Assembly: GCA_046563655.1 (NCBI GenBank) | Contig: JAJCTO010000010.1 | Coordinates: 930,001-994,000 of the forward strand | DNA: 64,000 nt | Reading direction: 5' to 3' | Origin: Yuukianura sp. NJ FZ-2021 | Lineage: Eukaryota | Part shown: positions 28,375 through 39,300 of the stretch, in pieces | Layout: every line of letters starts with the position of its first letter | Numbering within the stretch: the stretch's first letter is position 1 | The notes under the pieces: generated by a model | The model's input: the letters and a program-made list of their open reading frames with translations, nothing else | Told to the model about the DNA's origin: nothing | Databases searched by the model: none | Translations under genes and position numbers: made by a program

Positions 28375-29802
28375 ATGGCGACATCCAGCAGTGTCTATTA
28401 CGAAAAACGACAAGCCTTGAATGCCACTGAAGATTTTCCCGAAAAGAGCGACCATGCAGAACGCCTTGCTGCAGTAAATGAGGGAAAGCTGACACAGAGA
28501 CTACTTCAGTTTCGAGCTCCAGAAAAAGAATCTGGCTGGAGACACACCACTGTCAGTGACGATGGAGCAGCCGCTTGGTTGATTCGTCAAGCCATGTCCC
28601 AAGACCTCGTTTTCGTGAGCTGCCGAGAAAATCCGAATACGTATTTGGGAGAAACCGTGACTATACTCATTCTAACATGCATCACCGGCTTTGTTCTCAA
28701 CGTGCGACATCTAACCGACAAATCCATCCTCGTGCTTCGAACATTGCTCGAGAGCCCAACCATTCCAAAGGTGGCCTACGACTGCACATCACAATCTATC
28801 ATGCTGAGAAGAGACTTGAATATTTTTCCCGTTGGCTTTCTGGATTTAGCAAAACTCTTTCGTACAGGCGTCACGACTGAGGACACCTTCCCGGGACTTT
28901 GCCAAAAATTCATTGCCACAAGATTTCGGAAAACATTCAACTACGAGTTGCCGAACTCCGCATGCTATCATCCCACCGAACACGCTCATGTTAAAATTCT
29001 TCAGGACCACGTTGTTGCCATCATGCAGTTGTGGAACGGAGTTGCCAGCGAGATCCGAGCAAACTTCCAGGCTACTCGCGGAGTAATTTTGCGAAAGCTG
29101 ATTCAGGACGCTAACGAAACGTTGGTGCTGCCAATTCCAACTCCGAAATTCCGGCAACACATCACCATCCGTTCCCAACATGAAGAATTGCTCTATGAAG
29201 TCATCAGCTTCCTAGCACAACAGTTTGACCTCTCGTTGCGATACTTTGAGGAATTCTATGAAAATTGTGGCCTCGAGAACAATGACAAATTACGTCAACA
29301 GTTCCAGTGGAAAGTGGACGAACTTGTAATACCACCTGGAGCCAAATTCGACAAAACAAAAATAATGGAAAGAGTAACCCGCATGTTAGATCACGATCTG
29401 TCACGTCGGCCAGGGGAACCCAGTTACGCCACTCTGTCTGCCCAATCACTCATTACATGGACATCATTAGAGGAACTCAGCAAAGAAGCAGAATCAGAAC
29501 ACAATGAACTGATGTCGACGAAGCCCAGTGACCACCAAGGACATCGCTGGCCAGGACATTCTCAACACCGAGAAAGAAATCGGAACCATGTCACCCCTTA
29601 TCAGAGGACCCAGGATGATTCCCGAGCTCGCATCTCTGCACTGGAACATCAGGTCCAAACACTTCAAACCCAGGTCAAAGGTCTCCAGGAAACAGTCCAA
29701 CGACTCTCGGACAATCAACCACGCTGGCCAGCCACCAACAACACAAACTCCCATGGTCAGCCAAACAAGCCATACCCTGACGAAATTTTTAACTTCTTTT
29801 AA
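28375..29802 (+). CDS. Cassette copy 1, gene C: inactive DEDDy 3'-5' exonuclease-like (EXD1/Egalitarian/Mut-7 family) with C-terminal coiled coil
   Basis: LRTLLESPTIPKVAYDC...LRRDLNIFPVGFLDL matches the family signature. ExoI reads VSCRE instead of xDxE. Heptad repeat RISALEHQVQTLQTQVKGLQETVQRL. Confidence 0.78.
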   Translation: MATSSSVYYEKRQALNATEDFPEKSDHAERLAAVNEGKLTQRLLQFRAPEKESGWRHTTVSDDGAAAWLIRQAMSQDLVFVSCRENPNTYLGETVTILILTCITGFVLNVRHLTDKSILVLRTLLESPTIPKVAYDCTSQSIMLRRDLNIFPVGFLDLAKLFRTGVTTEDTFPGLCQKFIATRFRKTFNYELPNSACYHPTEHAHVKILQDHVVAIMQLWNGVASEIRANFQATRGVILRKLIQDANETLVLPIPTPKFRQHITIRSQHEELLYEVISFLAQQFDLSLRYFEEFYENCGLENNDKLRQQFQWKVDELVIPPGAKFDKTKIMERVTRMLDHDLSRRPGEPSYATLSAQSLITWTSLEELSKEAESEHNELMSTKPSDHQGHRWPGHSQHRERNRNHVTPYQRTQDDSRARISALEHQVQTLQTQVKGLQETVQRLSDNQPRWPATNNTNSHGQPNKPYPDEIFNFF

Positions 29803-29996
29803 AATTTTCCATTTGTGCACCATAAGAGTTAAACTTACTAAATGGAGTTACTTAAATACTTGGATAGGGTAATATCATGATTTCCTTTTATCAGTTCAGG
29901 CTTCAAGTTCATGTCATCAAAGTTTTAGACTAGGTCAGATCCACCACCAATGTTAATGTTAGGTTGTACAATTTTGGGGATCAAATAAGCTAGTTA

Positions 29997-30037
29997 AAAT
30001 CTACGAGGACGTAGATTTAGGTCAAGTTGGGGAATAA
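29997..30037 (+). promoter_or_regulatory. Pre-PPT hairpin plus polypurine tract
   Basis: Perfect 9-bp stem AAATCTACG-agga-CGTAGATTT (CGAGGACG core, common upstream of Gypsy PPTs), then GGGGAATAA abutting TGTAAC. Confidence 0.7.
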
Positions 30038-30643
30038 TGTAACGCCGGATTTCGAGCCACCCGGAGACTTTGAGATCTCCCGGTGGGCCGAAACCGGACG
30101 ATTGTAAAATAAACATTAGTTTTAATAGAACAAGTAGGAAAGCAAAGACTCAGCTTCTTTTCCTCTTTCTTAAGAGGATCAAGTGTCAAAGATTTATGAC
30201 AATTGATCTTTGACATGACGGATCAGTGGGAGGGCAAGCAACAAAGTTGCTTGTTTAACAAGTTTTTCACTTGTTAGACATGTGAATGTCAACTCATCAA
30301 AAGTTGACATTCATACAAAGTGCCCAGATAATCAACTTGCATAGTCCCACAACTTAGTTCAATCTTGGACTTTAATGACAGAACAGGATCATAGATCCTG
30401 GTCATTAACGTCCAACTATGAACTCAGGTCGCTAAGCGTCCCTCGGTTGAAGGACAAGCTGGGTCAAGAGTAAGGTTATAAATATAAGTAACAACTTGTT
30501 AGCGTTAAGTCATTTCTAGATTAGCTTCTGGCCAAGTACTCTCTCTCTCCAACTTAAGGTCTAAGGTCGAAACACTAAGTCTTTTGCAAATAAACACTGT
30601 TCTTGGGAAGATCTTTCGTCATTCTTCAACTCCACGTCTCACA
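30038..30643 (+). repeat. Putative 3' LTR of a plus-strand element (right end uncertain)
   Basis: Starts TGTAAC after the PPT; TATAAATA at 30477; AATAAA at 30589; candidate end GTCTCACA at 30643. No PBS follows and no second copy is in the window. Confidence 0.6.
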
Positions 30644-31119
30644 GCTAAACGCATCTCCACGGCTTCATCTCCACAGCTCACGCATCTGCCACTGCCGCTT
30701 TCACCGATCCGACTGTAGCTGACAGAGGTAAGGGAATCTTCCCTTCTTATATAGGTTCGAGAGTTAGTTAGACATCCACTTTTCAAGCGTCATTTAAGGT
30801 GGGTCCGGTGGGACCGGCCCCACCTAGATAGAAGGCAAGGTAGAGAATGAGACTGCGGCGTGGTTCACTTTGAGGTCATACATCCAAATGAGTCCCAGGG
30901 GACCCAGAAGGGTCAAGTTTCAGGTCAGGAGGGGTGGGGCGGGTGTTAGACCCGCCATTTTGATTGTTTTCAGAGAACAATCAAAGGGAAGCGTTAATGT
31001 TAGATTAGCGAAACATGCACATCAATTTTCACCCTGTTTCAGAACTATTGATTAATTTTAGCCGAAATAAAGTCAGGTACTCTTGACATAATTAACGTTC
31101 ATTGCAGACCTTTTGTCAA

Positions 31120-31923
31120 ATGACCGGAAACAACCCAACCAACATTTCCACTGAATTTTTGGACGCCATTCGTGAACGAAACCTCCCACACCAACGCTAC
31201 GAGAGAGCGAGATTCCTTGCCTCAAGAAGTGTAATAGAATTAAGCATTCTCAGGGACGCAATACCCGAATTGACCGAACTAATAGACAGCCTCGTTAAAA
31301 CCACTAGACAATCATGGAAACCATTGATCAATAAGTTAGAAATTTGGATCTGGGAAGATCCCCGTACGACGTACAGATATCAACTATCCCATTGTAGACA
31401 CGAACTAATTTACAGATTCGCCCAGATACGGATTGACCGATTCCCGTTAACCTTGGCGACACTCGTCCGACATTTAGCGGGTACACTTGACCTAGGCATC
31501 AAGACTGACGAATTTCTTAAACTTGGGCTTCAAGAAAAACTTGACCTAACTCACTTCACAACGATACATATCACACGACGGCCAGGAGCCCCATTAACTG
31601 ACTTCACGACACAAAGTTTAATACTTGCGGTAACCAGATGTCCTTATCGACCATACTGTTTCCGTGACGTGGCTGACATCCTACACTGTAACGGAGGACT
31701 CCGAGAAGAAGTCAAGTACTTCTTCCGTCTGTACGAGACCGAGAAATTCATTTATTGGAGCACACTCTCCGAACGACAAGTTCAACGACGAGAACACACA
31801 AAGAAGAACCAGGAACGTAGAGGACTCAGTACCGACGAACAATTGATTGACGAGATCTGTATTGCGGGAGACGCCTACGCTGAGAGTTGCGACGATTACC
31901 TTGCGTCAGATAAGGAAAACTAG
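31120..31923 (+). CDS. Cassette copy 2, gene A
   Basis: Paralog of 26475-27278 with long identical peptide blocks; ATG at 31120 after the acceptor TTCATTGCAG. Confidence 0.82.
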   Translation: MTGNNPTNISTEFLDAIRERNLPHQRYERARFLASRSVIELSILRDAIPELTELIDSLVKTTRQSWKPLINKLEIWIWEDPRTTYRYQLSHCRHELIYRFAQIRIDRFPLTLATLVRHLAGTLDLGIKTDEFLKLGLQEKLDLTHFTTIHITRRPGAPLTDFTTQSLILAVTRCPYRPYCFRDVADILHCNGGLREEVKYFFRLYETEKFIYWSTLSERQVQRREHTKKNQERRGLSTDEQLIDEICIAGDAYAESCDDYLASDKEN

Positions 31924-31956
31924 AATTCTCTTATTTTTAAATTTTAGTATTTTTCA

Positions 31957-32865
31957 ATGGCATACTTTGAGCCGATAGAGTTTAACTTACTTTCACCTAA
32001 CGCTAAAGCACCCAATTGGGGCGAAGCCCATGAGGCAGGACTAACGTTATATACTTCACTAGATTACGTCATACCTCCAAGGGAACGTCGCGTCGTCCAT
32101 ACGGACGTCATCATACGCATCCCTTTGGGACTTTACGGCAGGGTCACTGCTCTGTACAATCACACTTACAGCCACGGGATTGTAGCATCCCATGATCAGA
32201 TTGACGGTGGCACATTTACAAGTCTAAAGATAATTGTTTTTAACCATGGAGATATTGCATTTCAACTAAACAAAGGTGATGCATTTGCCAAGCTCATCTG
32301 TGAGAGATTTTACAAACCCGAACTAAAAGCGTCACCTACCTATTTTCCAAATCAGCCAGGAAATAATGCAGAATGGCCAAATATAGAACATGTCAATCTT
32401 GAGGGTAGCCCCCCATTAGGAAACCGAGATGATCTAAGCAAATTTATCAGGATTATCCCTTCTTCTAAAGAAGTACGTGACCGAATCGGTTTTCAGAAGC
32501 TGGAAATGTGGGCTAACCCAGGACAAAAGAACGATTTGCACGACCTATTAGAGGAAATTAGCGATTGTGGTGACATCAGACCAGTTCAGGTTGCAATTAA
32601 AACGTCTTACTTTTTAACGTTAGATGTCGAAGATATCCGTAGAGTTGGAATCAGATACCAATATTGCCCTCCGTATTTTAGTACCATGTATCCAGGATAC
32701 ATTTGTGTAGATCTAAACGGGCCTTCCCCACGAAAGGGTTTTTCATTTCTTCTGGGACAATTATACAGAATCACTAAAGAAAAAGTCCCTAACGAGCTTA
32801 TTTCTAGAATAATAGGGCTCACAGAAACAGCCCCAGTAGACCGTGAAGGTTGGATAGATTACTAG
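31957..32865 (+). CDS. Cassette copy 2, gene B: pseudo-dUTPase fusion
   Basis: Paralog of 27302-28213; both start MAYFEPIEF and end REGWxDY. Confidence 0.85.
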   Translation: MAYFEPIEFNLLSPNAKAPNWGEAHEAGLTLYTSLDYVIPPRERRVVHTDVIIRIPLGLYGRVTALYNHTYSHGIVASHDQIDGGTFTSLKIIVFNHGDIAFQLNKGDAFAKLICERFYKPELKASPTYFPNQPGNNAEWPNIEHVNLEGSPPLGNRDDLSKFIRIIPSSKEVRDRIGFQKLEMWANPGQKNDLHDLLEEISDCGDIRPVQVAIKTSYFLTLDVEDIRRVGIRYQYCPPYFSTMYPGYICVDLNGPSPRKGFSFLLGQLYRITKEKVPNELISRIIGLTETAPVDREGWIDY

Positions 32866-33046
32866 CAACTCACTTACATAAAATAATATTTAGGTATTCG
32901 GGACTGGGTAGTCTATTAAATATTTTCTTTTCCCTAAAATAATATAATCAGATTGAGTTATAACTACATACTAGAGTAAGGGTTGAGGAATTACAAATTA
33001 TATTGGAAATTTTTAATTTTTGCTTTATTCACAATTTGTTAAGACA

Positions 33047-33255
33047 ATGGCAGCATCCGATGCAAAAGCACCCATCCACGTGAAATATTGCGAAAAGAGG
33101 CAATTGCTCAATGCCACAACAAGCTTCCCTGAGACGAGCGAATACGCTGAACAGTTAGAATCTGTAAATTACGGGAAGCTCTTAACTAAGCTGCTGCAGT
33201 TCCGTTCCGAAGGAAAGGTCCCCGAATGGAAACAGGACGCCGTGTCGAACGAATG
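33047..33255 (+). pseudogene. Cassette copy 2, gene C: 5' fragment, truncated
   Basis: YCEKRQLLNATTSFPE...LLQFRS...W aligns with the N-terminus of the 28375 protein. Homology stops at the LINE junction. Confidence 0.8.
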
Positions 33256-33258
33256 TAC

Positions 33259-35238
33259 TATCATAATGGAGAACAGGAACGGACCCAGTACTGAGCCTTG
33301 AGGAACTGATAAAATGGTTTCTCTGGATTGTGACGTCTCACCATTTACCCGTACACTTTGAGATCTGTCGTTCAAATATGATTCAAACCACGAAGATGAA
33401 ACGTTGTACCATCGCAGTTTTTCACAAAGAATGCCCTTGTTTACAGTGTCGAAAGCTTTCTTTAAATCCATTGAAATAACCATACACAAATCACCGCGAT
33501 TTAGATGGCTATAAATTAGTTCGGTGAGGGCTATTTGTGCCATTGTGGTAGAATGATGATCACGAAACCCAAATTGTGCACTACTGAGTAAACTGTGGCG
33601 ATTGAAGAATAATTTTAGCTGATTGAGGGCGAACTTTTCACATAATTTCGCAATTACTGGTTGTAGAGAAATTGGGCGTGTTTCGTTTGGATGTGATGGT
33701 TTGGGTACTTTAGGTAGCGGTATTACTGATGAATGTTTGAGACATTTAGGGAAAGTTCCACTTCTCAGCGTTTTGTTGATAAGGTAGATGATCTGTTTTT
33801 CAATATTAGGTGATCCAAATCAGTGTGCTAATATCCAGTTTGACATTCCAAAATTATCTTTGCTTTTGCTATTTTTGTTTTTTAGATTCTTCCAAGTTTG
33901 CTTGAACATTGAACTGGTTACGTCGGAGAAACTAAACTGATCAGCGGGTGTGATGATGAGATCTGGTTTCGTTGGTAGAAGAGTAGAAACAAATTGTGGT
34001 GTGGTAATTGATGTGAAATAGTCATTAATTTCGTCTGCTGAGAACTGCAGAACTTGACTTTTTGAATTTGCAGTTGAACGAATCTTTGCAATCGCTTTGA
34101 ATGGGCCAAGCTTTTTTATATCAAGGTTGAGTGCGTCTCTCCTGTCTTGAGCGATTTTTAATTTCAATGACTTCGTAAGTTTTCTCAGATGTGCATGCTG
34201 GACCTGGGACAGCGGTTTCATACTTTCTAACTTTCTTCTTTCTGTCATAAGCATTTTAGTGTGATCAGAAAGTACGAGTGGTAGTGGTCGCGGAACGAAG
34301 GAAACATTACGTACTTTAACTGTAGATTCAAAATTAGAATTGATTTTTGACATGGACGCAGTGAAGAGAGAGTCAAGATCATCTGTTTCTGAATTGTCAA
34401 ATGTTGTATAGATTGATTTCAATCCAAATTCTTCAAAATCAAAGTTGTTGTAGTCGTGGTATTGGAATGTCGTTTTTTTGACTTTTGGTTTTGACAGATT
34501 CACAGACACCGATGTAACACTGTGATCAGAAATGGACGGATCAAAGATCTTAACATCAAGTACAAGATCCGGATTATTGCAGAAAATTAAATCCAGAACA
34601 GAGTCACCACGGGTCGGAAGTTTAACTAATTGTTTGAAGATAGCATTAAGGTGTTTCACTCCGTGTTTACATCTCTGAGGAATGTAAGTAGGGTTAAGGT
34701 TAAAGTCACCAAGCACAAACGAAGCATTCTTGATAATATTAAGTTCACTAAACAGTTTCACAATAGTGTCAAGGTCACAGTCAATGATTGCATGGTTGTA
34801 GTTTGGGATTCTGTAGACACTGCTGATTAATATAGATTTGTTGTAGTTTAATTGAATTTTTGCTGTGATCACTTCCATGTTCTTGTTTTCGGGTAATTCA
34901 ATGTTTTTTACGTTAAATTTTAAAGATGATCGTAGGAGGATTCCGACTCCTCCTTTTCCTTGCCAGTCACGATCTTTATGAAGAAAGTCATAGCCATCGA
35001 TAGGCCTTGGTGGGTTGTTTTCTTTCAAATGAGTTTCGGTGATGCACAGAACGTCAAACTGATACATGTCAAGTAGTATTTTTATTAAGTCAGCTTTTGA
35101 ATTGAAGCCACAGACATTTAAGGCTGCTATATTGAGTCGATTTTTTAAAATACAAGGAGAATTGATGTTTGTACTGCTTGCAAGTCGGTTTCTGCATTGA
35201 TTGACGCGATCTCGACCGGAGTAATCAAGTTTTGATAG
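33259..35238 (-). pseudogene. LINE ORF2 (AP endonuclease + partial RT) with one in-frame TGA at 33820-33822
   Basis: Motifs LNVCG, CITETHL, GGVGI, VYRIP, GDFN, LDLIF, ISDH; after the TGA the same frame gives RPISL, QFGFR, DLKKAFDTV, VPQGSVLGP. Confidence 0.9.
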
Positions 35239-35991
35239 TCAGATTGGAGAACGGGGTGTAATACTGCTACGTCCAAACCCTGAAGTTCGAGCAACGGAAG
35301 CGAAAGTTGGAGCTTGAGAGGTAGTAGTATTCATGTGAACGTTGCCAGTATTTTGCATACGGTATTTGATTGCTAGTTTTTGTCGTGTACTGAAAGGGAG
35401 GTCTTGTGTGATTTTGATGCCCGGGTGTGCAATTTTGATTTTATCACGATTCTTCCAGATCATGTTTCTAGCTTCAAGCGATTTAAAGATAATTTTGACA
35501 GGTTTGTTTGGATTTTGAGGGGTTGATTTGCCAAGTCTAAATGCTTCAGAGACAAGAGTCGAATTGGTAATTTGGAGACTATTGGAGAAGATCGTTTCGA
35601 GTCCGGAAAGAAGTGATTCTGTAGTTTCGTTCGTGTACCGTTGAAGTCCATGCAACACGAGGTTAGTCTTGTTAATGGCGATTTGAAGCTTTTCAATTTC
35701 TGAGTCATGGGTTTGAACGTTTTGAATTATGTACTTCTGCTCATTTTCAGTTGCTTGAACTCTTTCCTTGATTGAGGTAACTTCTGATGTAAGCGACTGT
35801 AATTGCTGTGAAAGTTCAACATGATTGGTTTTGACTTGGTCACTAAGATCTTTGATTTGATCTTTGATTGTAGTCAGGATTGAGGCAATGTCAGTGTCGC
35901 CCATCTTCAGTGCTTTTTGAGTGTTGGTTTCAGAGTTAGTAATAGCTTTACGTTTTGTTCCTCTGGTATTTGGTTTCTCCAAAGAAGTCAT
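35239..35991 (-). CDS. LINE ORF1 (coiled coil + RRM-like)
   Basis: Heptad region followed by NLVLHGL, AFRLGK, PVKIIF, ITQDLP. Confidence 0.85.
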   Translation of the reverse strand: MTSLEKPNTRGTKRKAITNSETNTQKALKMGDTDIASILTTIKDQIKDLSDQVKTNHVELSQQLQSLTSEVTSIKERVQATENEQKYIIQNVQTHDSEIEKLQIAINKTNLVLHGLQRYTNETTESLLSGLETIFSNSLQITNSTLVSEAFRLGKSTPQNPNKPVKIIFKSLEARNMIWKNRDKIKIAHPGIKITQDLPFSTRQKLAIKYRMQNTGNVHMNTTTSQAPTFASVARTSGFGRSSITPRSPI

Positions 35992-36321
35992 CGGTTCATC
36001 ATCAGGAAGTAAACTAGATAAATACCAGAACTGTGCCAGTATCTTTTGATTTCAATGTGGATGATTATGACCTTCGGGTCACTACAAATACTAATGTAAG
36101 ACGGAACTTACTTATAGTCGTTTGCACGGTGCCATGAGTTAAATCGTAGTCAGCTGATTGTTGATGATGATGAACGCGCAATTAACGTCCGTCGTTTGGT
36201 AAGTATCGCTTGCTTTACCGTGGAGGCTGAATGTCACACTTGAAATATTTCTATGAAAATTTGTGTCGTTGTACTTTATAAGAGTTTGTCGGTTGTCAAC
36301 TCCACAGTAAAAAATGCTTTC

Positions 36322-39300
36322 CATGCTTTCCTTTAATGCTTTAAGCGAGATAATTTGCAAAAATTATTTGTTGCTGATAAGCTGTCATTGATACGTTGCT
36401 ATAAGTTTGAGTAAGCGCCACACGGCGTTTAACACCCCTGGTAACGTTTTCCATACCTCAGCTTTGCGTTTAAGAAAAATATCGCAAAATAGGAATAAGA
36501 ACGCTGCTAGTCAGAAGCGTTATTACTCAGTTTCCTTTGAGCGCCTTCTCATTCCTATAATGCGACATTTTTTTTAAATGCAAAGCAGAGGTAGGTAAAA
36601 TGTTACCAGGGCGATTAAACGCCGTGTGGCGTTTCCTCAAACTTATAGCAACGTATTAGTTACAGCTTAGTAGCAACAAATAGTTTATAGAAATTATCTC
36701 GCATAAAAATATTAAAGGAAAAAATGTCTGCCGTATCGCCTTCTGATTCTTCTCCTGCGATATTCACCTTAAACGCCAAGTTGAGGTATTAAAAGTATTA
36801 TAAAGGATTTTAAACGCCAAATGGCGTTTAATTGACCTGGTAAAACTTTATATGCTGTTGAAGTCTCAGCTTTGCGTTGAAGGAAAATGTCGCAAAATAG
36901 GAATAAGAACGCTGCTAGTCAGAAGAGTTTTTATCAGTTTTCTTTGAGCGCCTTCTGATTCCTATATTGCGAAAAATTTTTTAAACGCAAAGCTGAGTTA
37001 TGTAAAATGTTACCAGGGCGATTAAACGCCGTGTGGCGTTTACTCAAACTTATAGCAACGTATGAATGACAGCTTAGTAGCAACAAATAGTTTATAGAAA
37101 TTATCACGCATAAAAATATTAAAGGATAAAATGTCCGACGTATCGTCTTCTGATTCTTCGCCTGCGATATTCACCTTAAACGCCAAGTTGAGGTAATAAA
37201 AGTATTACCAAGGATTTTAAACGCCAAATGGCGTTTAATTGACCTGGTAAAACTTTATATGCTGTTGAAGTCTCAGATTTGCGTTGAAGGAAAATATCGC
37301 AAAATAGGAATAAGAACGCTGCTAGTCAGAAGAGTTTTTATCAGTTTTCTTTGAGCGCTTTCTGATTCCTATAATGCGACATTTTTTTTAAATGCAAAGC
37401 AGAGGTAGGTAAAATGTTACCAGGTCGATTAAACGCCGCGTTGCGTTTCCTCAAACTTATAGCAACGTATTAGTTACAGCTTAGTAGCAACAAATAGTTT
37501 ATAGAAATTATCTCGCATAAAAATATTAAAGGAAAAAATGTCTGCCGTATCGCCTTCTGATTCTTCTCCTGCGATATTCACCTTAAACGCCAAGTTGAGG
37601 TATTAAAAGTATTATAAAGGATTTTAAACGCCAAATGGCGTTTAATTGACCTGGTAAAACTTTATATGCTGTTGAAGTCTCAGCTTTGCGTTGAAGGAAA
37701 ATATCGCAATATAGAAATGAGAAGGCGAGACGTCAGACATGCTTTCCTTTAATGCTTGTAAGCGAGATAATTTGCAAAAATTATTTGTTGCTTATAAGCT
37801 GTCATTAATACGTTGCTATAAGTTTGAGTAAGCGCCACACGGCGTTTAACACCTCTGGTAACGTTTTCCGTATCTCAGCTTTGCGTTTAAGAAAAATATC
37901 GCAAAATAGGAATAAGAACGCTGCTAGTCAGAAGAGTTTTTATCAGTTTTCTTTGAGCGCCTTCTGATTCCTATAATGCGACATTTTTTTTAAATGCAAA
38001 GCAGAGGTAGGTAAAATGTTACCAGGGCGATTAAACGCCGTGTGGCGTTTCCTCAAACTTATAGCAACGTATTAGTTACAGCTTAGTAGCAACAAATAGT
38101 TTATAGAAATTATCACGCATAAAAATATTAAAGAAAAACATGTCTGACGTCTCGCCTTCTGATCCTTACTCTGTGATATTTTCCTTAAACGCCAAGTTGA
38201 GGTATTAAAGGTATTACCAAGGATATTAAACGCCAAATGGCGTTTAATTGACCTGGTAAAAGTTTATATGCTGTTGAAATCTCAGCTTTGCGTTGAAGGA
38301 AAATATCGCAAAATAGGAATAAGAACGCTGCTAGTCAGAAGAGTTTTTATCAGTTTTCTTTGAGCGCCTTCTGATTCCTATATTGCGAAAATTCTTTTAA
38401 ACGCAAAGCTGAGTTATGTAAAATGTTACCAGGGCGATTAAACGGCGTGTGGCGTTTACTCAAACTTATAGCAACGTATGAATGACAGCTTAGTAGCAAC
38501 AAATAGTTTATAGAAATCTCACGCATAAAAATATTAAAGAAAAACATGTCTGACGTCTCGCCTTCTGATTCTTCTCCTGCGATATTCACCTTAAACGCCA
38601 AGTTGAGGTATTAAAAGTATTACCAAGGATATTAAACGCCAAATGGCGTTTAATTGACCTGGTAAAACTTTATATGCTGTTGAAGTCTCAGCTTTGCGTT
38701 GAAGGAAAATATCGCGATATAGAAATGAGAAGGCGAGACGTCAGACATGCTTTCCTTATAAGCTGTCATTAATACGTTGCTATAAGTTTGAATAAGCGCC
38801 ACACGGCGTTTAATCCCCCTGGTAACATTTTATATACCTCAGCTTTGCGTTTAAGATAAATATCGCAGAATTGGAATAAGAAGGCTGCTATTCAGAAATG
38901 TTTTTATCAGTTTTCTTTGAGCGCCTTCTGATTCCTATAATGCGACATTTTTTTTAAATGCAAAGCAGAGGTAGGTAAAATGTTACCAGGGCGATTAAAC
39001 GCCGTGTGGCGTTTCCTCAAACTTATAGCAACGTATTAGTTACAGCTTAGTAGCAACAAATAGTTTATAGAAATTATCTCGCATAAAAATATTAAAGGAA
39101 AAAATGTCTGACGTATCGCCTTCTGATTCTTATCCTGCGATATTCACCATAAACGCCAAGTTGAGGTATTAAAAGTATTACCAAGGATATTAAACGCCAA
39201 ATGGCGTTTAATTGACCTGGTAAAACTTTATATGCTGTTGAAGTCTCAGCTTTGCGTTGAAGGAAAATATCGCGATATAGAAATGAGAAGGCGAGACGTC

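Larger units (their letters stand above)
33256..36321 (-). mobile_element. Non-LTR retrotransposon (APE-type LINE, CR1/L2/Jockey-like), 5' intact and 3' truncated
   Basis: 5' UTR, ORF1, and ORF2 with APE and RT. The RT ends at VPQGSVLGPFLFSIMI, before the YADD motif. Confidence 0.9.

Noticed and set aside
33020..33543. ORFs 33020-33301 and 33169-33543 as complete genes
   Set aside because: Both are chimeras reading across the gene C/LINE junction.
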